The position numbers and the translations under genes are program-made. The notes beneath the pieces were generated by a model. The model did no database searches. It was not told where the DNA came from and was given only the letters and a program-made list of their open reading frames with translations. This document shows positions 45,499-50,790 of a stretch of 50,790 bases of DNA, in pieces; position 1 is the stretch's first letter; every line of letters begins with the position of its first letter. The DNA lies in assembly GCA_007693605.1 (NCBI GenBank), contig REDG01000029.1, positions 1 through 50,790 of the forward strand, written 5' to 3'. The stretch is from Bradymonadales bacterium. Lineage in GTDB: Bacteria; Bdellovibrionota; UBA2394.

Positions 45499-46485
45499 AT
45501 GCGATCTTGGTATTTCATTCTGGCATGTCTTCTGGTTCTTCTTGTTGATAGAGAGTGCCAGGCAAGGACATTTTTACCAGGGTGTTCGGGCTCACTCTCG
45601 GCACTTTTGAACTCTCATGAACAAACCTATCATCCTGTTATTCGAGTTACTCGTACTGCAAAACGGCTTACCGATCGGGATGTGGAAAATTCATTGGGCG
45701 TGATCTATGCCATTAACGATTTTTTTAAAGGTTTACTTCCCTTACCACCCAAGCTCAACCTCACCCTGCGCTATACATCGTACAAAACATTTTATGTTCA
45801 TTCAGAAAGGCGCCTTGAGATACCCCGCCGCAGAGTTCTTCGAGGTCAGACATCGAGCCGAGAGGAAACTTACATCATTTTGGCCCATGAGTATGGGCAC
45901 GCTATTTTCTCTCACTTGCTGGACCTCAATTTTCCGGAACTTGGCGAAAAGATCCAGAACCTGAAGACAGAAATCGATCGGCAGACGGGCCTTGAGGCGA
46001 GTTTGATTCAGGAGCTTAGGGCTCTCAAGGCTGACGACCCTAGAAGGCCAGATTTGCTCAATGAACTCAAGAGTTTGAACTCTAGGAGCTTACAGTTGGA
46101 GTGGCTGAAGCTGGCAGATTTCGGATGGGGTTTTGGTGAGCTGGCCGCAGATCTTATCGGAGTCGTCTACGCCGGTTTTGGCGAGGCCATCGCCGAAGTG
46201 ATTCATGAGCCGGGTGATGCGCGGTTTCGAGACTTTACCGTTGAGCATTCTGTTGAGGGTTTTGATCGAAATCAGGAGCACGAAAGATTTGCTCCCACTC
46301 GGTTCTGGCTGTGGGAAAATGTCTTAAACAGAGATGACTTCGCTTTGAAAGGCCCGAACAAAGTAAAAGTGATTCTGGAGGCCTTAATTGTCGAAATGAA
46401 AGAGCGCTACCAGAACGGAGAAATGAGCCTCTCTCCCGCCGAAAGCAATCGCCGTTTGATAAGACTCATTGAAAATGTACTCTGA
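45499..46485 (+). CDS. Secreted HEXXH zinc metallopeptidase-like protein
   Basis: Signal peptide MRSWYFILACLLVLL; ILAHEYGHA; downstream GFGELAAD. Confidence 0.7.
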   Translation: MRSWYFILACLLVLLVDRECQARTFLPGCSGSLSALLNSHEQTYHPVIRVTRTAKRLTDRDVENSLGVIYAINDFFKGLLPLPPKLNLTLRYTSYKTFYVHSERRLEIPRRRVLRGQTSSREETYIILAHEYGHAIFSHLLDLNFPELGEKIQNLKTEIDRQTGLEASLIQELRALKADDPRRPDLLNELKSLNSRSLQLEWLKLADFGWGFGELAADLIGVVYAGFGEAIAEVIHEPGDARFRDFTVEHSVEGFDRNQEHERFAPTRFWLWENVLNRDDFALKGPNKVKVILEALIVEMKERYQNGEMSLSPAESNRRLIRLIENVL

Positions 46486-46494
46486 AGGGAGGTG

Positions 46495-46682
46495 GCAACT
46501 GGGCATGGCCTGTCAAGCGAGTGGGCTTGTTGCGCCAAAGCTTCAAGCACGGCTTCTGACAACTTCTTGTGGTTGATGTTAGGCGTTCATTTGCGACGCA
46601 CCTGAAGCATGGGGATGTTCATGAGAACGACGGGAAAGGCAAAACTTTCATTCATAAAGCTTTTTTGAGTTTTCTTCTTCAT
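46495..46682 (-). pseudogene. N-terminal remnant of a putative XRE/MqsA-like antitoxin
   Basis: MKKKTQKSFMNESFAFPVVLMNIPMLQVRRK*TPNINHKKLSEAVLEALA, then frameshifted KPTRLTG; family assigned from memory. Confidence 0.5.
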
Positions 46683-46857
46683 AGTCATCTCCCGACTCCA
46701 CGCCACAGGCAATCCACCCCTTTCCTTCGCCGTTATGTCTCAGTTACATCAATTTTCAACCGTGCCACGGCATTCTAGAAGTAGTTCCCAGCCGCCTGAG
46801 CTGCTCCAGGCTGGTTTCCTGGCATTTCCTCATTTTTCTTGCAGCTCCACAAAGCGA

Positions 46858-46886
46858 TTGCACTATGATATAGTGTTAGATAGTGT
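46858..46886 (+). promoter_or_regulatory. Putative sigma70 promoter/operator of the brnTA-like module
   Basis: TTGCAC-17-TAGTGT overlapped by the palindrome CACTAT-gat-ATAGTG. Confidence 0.5.
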
Positions 46887-46895
46887 ACAGACAGC

Positions 46896-47251
46896 GTGGC
46901 CCAGTTTAGATTTGTTGAATGGTTATTAAACTGGCTCTTAGAGACTCCTGAACTTCACTTTAAGTAGGATGAAGGGAACCGATCGAAGAGCGTCACAAAG
47001 CATGGTATAAGCATTGAAGAAGTGGAAGAGGTATTCCGCAGCGGACTCGCGGTTCCCTTGGGGGTTCAGATCAGCCCGGAGGTAGATGAAGAACGCTTGG
47101 GAATTGTCGGACCAAACTCTGTGGGAAAAATGATGGCAATCTTTTCACCCTCAGAGAGGGAAAGGTTCGGCCGATTAGCGCAAGGCCGGCGCACAAAAAG
47201 GAGAGAGAAGCTTATGAGTCGATATTACGCAAAATCACTAAAAGAGTATGA
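46896..47251 (+). pseudogene. BrnT-family toxin pseudogene
   Basis: ..HFK*DEGNRSKSVTKHGISIEEVEEVF.. with TAG at 46965; frameshift near 47140 into FTLREGKVRPISARPAHKKEREAYE. Confidence 0.8.
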
Positions 47252-47453
47252 GGAACCCTTTGAGTTCGACTCCAAAAAGATCTTAGAGGCCATGAGGCGA
47301 GCAAAAAAAGGGAAAAAAATTCCCACCAGCATTGCCTTGGAGCCCTCTACCATTAAGAGGTTAAAGGCGATTGCGGGGAAGATCGGGGTTCCCTATCAGG
47401 TACTCATGAGACTTTTTATTCTTGAGGGCTTAAAGAGGGTCAAGACGGGTTGA
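47214..47453 (+). CDS. BrnA/CopG-like ribbon-helix-helix antitoxin
   Basis: TSIALEPSTIKRLKAIA..GVPYQVLMR; overlaps the toxin end. The ORF-track 47022 ORF is a frameshift fusion artefact. Confidence 0.8.
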   Translation: MSRYYAKSLKEYEEPFEFDSKKILEAMRRAKKGKKIPTSIALEPSTIKRLKAIAGKIGVPYQVLMRLFILEGLKRVKTG

Positions 47454-47460
47454 TAGTGAC

Positions 47461-47482
47461 CCCCACTTAATGGTGTAGAGCC
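47461..47482 (+). mobile_element. Orphan ISL3 right inverted repeat
   Basis: CCCCACTTAATGGTGTAGAGCC, identical to 50269-50290. Confidence 0.9.
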
Positions 47483-47500
47483 CTCGTTTGAGTGGGAGTG

Positions 47501-47522
47501 CTTTGAAGTGCGGGATGAGGGA
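47501..47522 (-). repeat. att-like copy of the tRNA-Leu 3' end and trailer
   Basis: CTTTGAAGTGCGGGATGAGGGA, identical to 48955-48968 joined to 50299-50306 (the pre-IS sequence). Confidence 0.88.
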
Positions 47523-47572
47523 TTGACTGGGCCAACCCCAATCTGTAAATCATTGCTCAGGAGGGCTGTGTT

Positions 47573-47899
47573 ATGAAAATTATATTCATGTTGATGTTGT
47601 CGGCTTTTGTTCCGACACAGGGCTTTGCAGAAGCAGAATGGAGCGCTGCTCCCGTTCACGATGTTAGCATATTGGAAACATTTCCCGTGCAGTATGCATT
47701 ATCTTATGAGAGGCGGTGTAACGATGTGGCAGTTAAACCAGTAAAGTGGGTGCACGACTCAGAAGTTATTGTTGGAGTAATCGTAAAAAATGATCCATCC
47801 ATCCAGTGCTGGAGAGAAGAAGAGCAATTTGTTGTTATAAAAAATATCAACATATGGGGTGATCGAGACGATCCTCAGGAAGTAACTGTTCTAAAATGA
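47573..47899 (+). CDS. Small secreted hypothetical protein
   Basis: AGGAGG RBS; signal peptide MKIIFMLMLSAFVPTQGFA; two Cys. Confidence 0.75.
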   Translation: MKIIFMLMLSAFVPTQGFAEAEWSAAPVHDVSILETFPVQYALSYERRCNDVAVKPVKWVHDSEVIVGVIVKNDPSIQCWREEEQFVVIKNINIWGDRDDPQEVTVLK

Positions 47900-47928
47900 A
47901 TTATAAATCAGCCCCGAGGATGATATAG

Positions 47929-48185
47929 TCAGGGTTGGAATATGCCCCAAATCCCTAAGTTTTGGGTCGCGCGGCGCTCACAAAGTCGAAGACTTTCTGG
48001 ACATCGTTTGCCGCGGCGATGGAGTTCTCTCAGCTCATCATAGAGATTCACAAACTTCGTGGCCGACCGATCGGACGAATGGAGAATGGCCAAGCGAATG
48101 TCTTTCTCCGTGGGCCAGAGCATCGCAGTGGGCTTGTCTTTCGCAGCCTCCTATTTCATCACGGCCTGGGGGGACTTCTGCCCGC
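47929..48185 (-). pseudogene. C-terminal remnant of a putative XRE antitoxin
   Basis: SPQAVMK*EAAKDKPTAMLWPTEKDIRLAIL: an HTH recognition-helix-like AVxxWE with Trp replaced by TAG at 48151-48153. Confidence 0.5.
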
Positions 48186-48226
48186 ATCGTTTGGCAAACT
48201 GCTTAGATACCCTCGAATTGGCATGG

Positions 48227-48255
48227 TTGCCAAATTTGGCAAGCTCTGTTATCCT
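48227..48255 (+). promoter_or_regulatory. Sigma70 promoter with a 16-bp palindromic operator
   Basis: TTGCCA-17-TATCCT with extended TG; perfect palindrome TTGCCAAATTTGGCAA over the -35. Confidence 0.7.
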
Positions 48256-48263
48256 TATTGGGA

Positions 48264-48560
48264 ATGCGAAGATCTTATAGCATTTCAGTTGAATTGAATG
48301 GTTTTCGGTTTGAGCGCTGTATTGTGGACCCTCATTATGAGGTCAAGCATGATGAGAGTATCAATGATTTTTTGATTTTAGAGCTTCTCCGCAGCCTTGA
48401 TGGCCGGACACTTGAAGCGGATGCAGTCGATAGCGACGGTTACGAGTATTATGTGGTTGACCCAGTATTTTTCGACCGAAGGATGTATCGACTGATTTTG
48501 CTCCTGAGCAAAGAGAAGGACTTTATTGGAATTGTGAATTGTTTTCGGAGGAATAAATGA
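48264..48560 (+). CDS. Hypothetical protein, putative type II toxin
   Basis: 98 aa; DPHYEVKH..YRLI..IGIVNCFRR; ATGA-coupled to the XRE gene. Confidence 0.65.
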   Translation: MRRSYSISVELNGFRFERCIVDPHYEVKHDESINDFLILELLRSLDGRTLEADAVDSDGYEYYVVDPVFFDRRMYRLILLLSKEKDFIGIVNCFRRNK

Positions 48561-48871
48561 TGAAAGAAAAAAACTTTCCCACTGAAATGAAACTGAACGA
48601 GATGCTTAAAAAACTTGAGAATGCATCAGGCAGTGCGATGCTTTCTCCAGATGCTTCAGCAGCGGAGCGTTTCCGTTTCGAAGTTTGCGAGAAAATTTTA
48701 ATTTGGATGAAAGCTCAGGGCTGGTCACAGCGCCAATTGGCCAAGAAACTCAAGATTGACGAAGCTCGTGTCAGTGAGATTGTACATTATCGTATTGATC
48801 GGTTTTCAACTGATAAGCTTCTTGAGTATTATGAGCGCCTAAATCCGAAGGCGGATTTTAAAGTTGCGTAG
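48557..48871 (+). CDS. XRE-family HTH regulator (HigA-like antitoxin)
   Basis: WSQRQLAKKLKIDEARVSEIV..IDRFSTDKL. Confidence 0.88.
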   Translation: MMKEKNFPTEMKLNEMLKKLENASGSAMLSPDASAAERFRFEVCEKILIWMKAQGWSQRQLAKKLKIDEARVSEIVHYRIDRFSTDKLLEYYERLNPKADFKVA

Positions 48872-48968
48872 AGATTCATTCGCCCACCAGAACTGAATTC
48901 AGGATGAGGGACTCTGGAACTCGATTAGCGTTTCAGCGCGCGTAAGTCTGGTCACTTTGAAGTGCGGG

Positions 48969-50290
48969 GGATCTACATCATTAATAGGGGCAAGTGATCG
49001 AATTGATTAGACTGTTTGTGAGTAAAAACAATCAGTTCAATCAAGGAGGACCACATGCCCCAGGCATCAGAGCTTATCATAGGCTTGAGTGAGATTAAGA
49101 TTTTAAAAGCAAGGGAGGAGCAAAATCAGACCTTTGTGGAGGCGATTTTTTCTGGAAAGAAGCACTGTGAGGCTTGCGGGAGCGAAAATATTCGGCTGAA
49201 AGACCGTTACCAGAGAAATTTAAAGCACACTCGGATTGGGACGCGAATCATCCATGTGCTTCTGACCGTTTTTAAGCAGCTCTGCCTGGACTGTGGTAAG
49301 ACGACGATGACACGAGTGCCTGGGATACTGCCCAGACGAAGATCCTCAGAAAACTTTCGATTGGAAGTCTTTGAGGCTCACCATGATGGCCACACTCAAA
49401 AGAAAATCTCAAAAACCCACGGCATCGGGCAAGCGACTGTCGAGAGATGGTACTCTAGCTTTATCGATTACCGCGTCAGGGAGCTCTCTGGAAGAGCCGC
49501 ACCCAGGATCTTAGGCATTGACGAACACTTCTTCACCAGAAAACAGGGCTATGCCACAACACTTGTCGACCTACGAAATCGAAAGGTCTTTGATGTGATT
49601 TTAGGGCGAAGTGAAAGGTCTCTCGCTAGCTCCCTAAGCAGGCTTCCGGAGCGGAACCAAGTTCAAGTCGTCGTCATGGATATGGCCGAAACTTATCGCT
49701 CCATTGCTAGAAAATACTTCCCGAATGCCCTGATCGTCACCGACAGGTTCCATGTCGTCAGACTCGTCCAACATCACTTCCTCAAGCTGTGGAAGCAACT
49801 CGATCCTGAAGGATCAAAATCCAGAGGCCTCCTCAGCCTTATGAGGCAACATCGTGAGCGCATGAAGCCCAAGTCCAGAGAAAAACTAGAGCGCTACCTC
49901 GATGAAATTCCAGGCCTTAGAGCTATTGATGAGGCTCAACAAAAGCTCCTCAGCCTTATGCGCCTAAAACGCCTCTCGCCGCCTCAAATGAAGCCTCTCA
50001 TCACCGAATTTTTAGAGGTTAAACAGACCCTTGAACTCTCAGGATTCCCACCACTAGAAACTTTGGCAAAAACTCTCCACTCCTGGAGACACGAAATCCT
50101 ACGCATGTGGAGATTCTCCAGAACTAATGCTGCTACTGAAGGCTTCCACAACAAAATGGAAACCATCTCCAGAAGATCCTTCGGCTTCAGAAACTTCTCA
50201 AACTATAGAAAAAGAGTCATTGCTCTCTGTGGCTGGGATGGAATATGGAATCGAGTACAAACAGTCTGCCCCACTTAATGGTGTAGAGCC
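48969..50290 (+). mobile_element. Complete ISL3-family insertion sequence (1322 bp)
   Basis: IRL GGATCTACATCATTAATAGGGG and IRR CCCCACTTAATGGTGTAGAGCC (18/22 match); 8-bp target duplication AGTGCGGG at 48961-48968 and 50291-50298. Confidence 0.95.
49055..50278 (+). CDS. ISL3-family transposase
   Basis: CxxC..CxxC zinc finger, LGIDE, MDM, DRFHVV, NAATEGFHNK..R.FGFRNF. Confidence 0.96.
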   Translation: MPQASELIIGLSEIKILKAREEQNQTFVEAIFSGKKHCEACGSENIRLKDRYQRNLKHTRIGTRIIHVLLTVFKQLCLDCGKTTMTRVPGILPRRRSSENFRLEVFEAHHDGHTQKKISKTHGIGQATVERWYSSFIDYRVRELSGRAAPRILGIDEHFFTRKQGYATTLVDLRNRKVFDVILGRSERSLASSLSRLPERNQVQVVVMDMAETYRSIARKYFPNALIVTDRFHVVRLVQHHFLKLWKQLDPEGSKSRGLLSLMRQHRERMKPKSREKLERYLDEIPGLRAIDEAQQKLLSLMRLKRLSPPQMKPLITEFLEVKQTLELSGFPPLETLAKTLHSWRHEILRMWRFSRTNAATEGFHNKMETISRRSFGFRNFSNYRKRVIALCGWDGIWNRVQTVCPT

Positions 50291-50292
50291 AG

Positions 50293-50374
50293 TGCGGGAT
50301 GAGGGACTTGAACCCACACGGATCTCTCCACTAGGTTCTAAGCCTAGCGCGTCTGCCAATTCCGCCAATCCCGC
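50293..50374 (-). tRNA. tRNA-Leu(TAG)
   Basis: GCGGGAT/ATCCCGC stem; GGCGGAATTGGCAGACGC D-arm; CTAGG-CT-TAG-AA-CCTAG anticodon arm; long variable arm; CCA not encoded. Confidence 0.96.
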
Positions 50375-50473
50375 ATCTTTAAAAATCACGAGTGATTTCA
50401 AAGAATTGAAATGTCAGGTTAGAGACAAATTCTTTTAGCACAAATTCAAATATTTGGAAAATATTTGGGGCCG

Positions 50474-50728
50474 CTAAATCGTTGCGGCAAAAGTGACCAC
50501 ATTGGCCTTCGCCATGAGAAGGTCCGGCGCCAGATGGGCGTAGCGTTTCGTTACTTCCGTGGATGAGTGGCCGAGAAGGCCTTGAAGGTCGTAGAGTGCT
50601 CCGCCCTTCATCACGTCGTGACTCGCATATGTATGTCTTAGCGCGTGGGAGTTGATTGGGCGAACCCCCGCTTTTTCCTGATCTTCTAGAAAATGATAGC
50701 GAATATAATCTTGACTAAGATGCGGTAG
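50474..50728 (-). pseudogene. Tyrosine recombinase/integrase C-terminal remnant
   Basis: HALRHTYAS..LQGLLGHSSTEVTKRYAHL; an in-frame TAA lies just upstream and no start codon precedes the motif. Confidence 0.85.
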
Positions 50729-50790
50729 TTAGGGTAAGCGTTGACAAGACGCGCTTGGTCAGTGGCGTATTTGTCTACGATTTTTACGCA

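Noticed and set aside
46569..46778. Plus-strand ORF with RRSFATHL resembling an integrase motif
   Set aside because: It lacks the HxLR and LGH..Y context; the opposite strand explains the DNA better as an antitoxin remnant.
47022..47453. 143-aa natural toxin-antitoxin fusion
   Set aside because: It results from a frameshift in brnT; the true toxin C-terminus is in another frame.
46587..48153. Alternative genetic code (stop read as Trp)
   Set aside because: TAG and TGA terminate many core genes here, and the affected genes are also frameshifted or truncated.

Overview
A bacterial chromosome segment, probably from a Bdellovibrionota/Deltaproteobacteria-like organism (inferred from protein style and gene order, not from a database search). 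Positions 1-31.1 kb hold the core translation/transcription superoperon: tRNA-Gly/Tyr/Thr/Trp, secE-nusG-rplKAJL-rpoBC, rpsLG-fusA-tuf, and the S10, spc and alpha clusters. tufB, rpmG, map, infA and rpsD are absent from their usual positions. Positions 31-39.3 kb hold housekeeping and hypothetical genes: TlpA, a pseudouridine synthase, rimO, DUF502, a flagellin-like protein lacking its polymerisation ends, and clpX-clpP-tig on the minus strand. Positions 39.4-50.8 kb are an accessory hotspot between tig and tRNA-Leu(TAG). It contains an ankyrin protein with a sigma54 promoter, a 65-bp palindromic IS-like footprint, a truncated GNAT, a Fic protein with an AbiEi-like N-terminus under four 23-bp repeats, glpQ, DoxX, an HEXXH protease, and intact and decayed toxin-antitoxin modules. 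It also has a 1.45-kb integrase-less unit bounded by 22-bp tRNA-3'-end repeats, a complete ISL3 inserted at the tRNA 3' end plus an orphan ISL3 end, and a tyrosine-integrase remnant on the 5' side of the tRNA.
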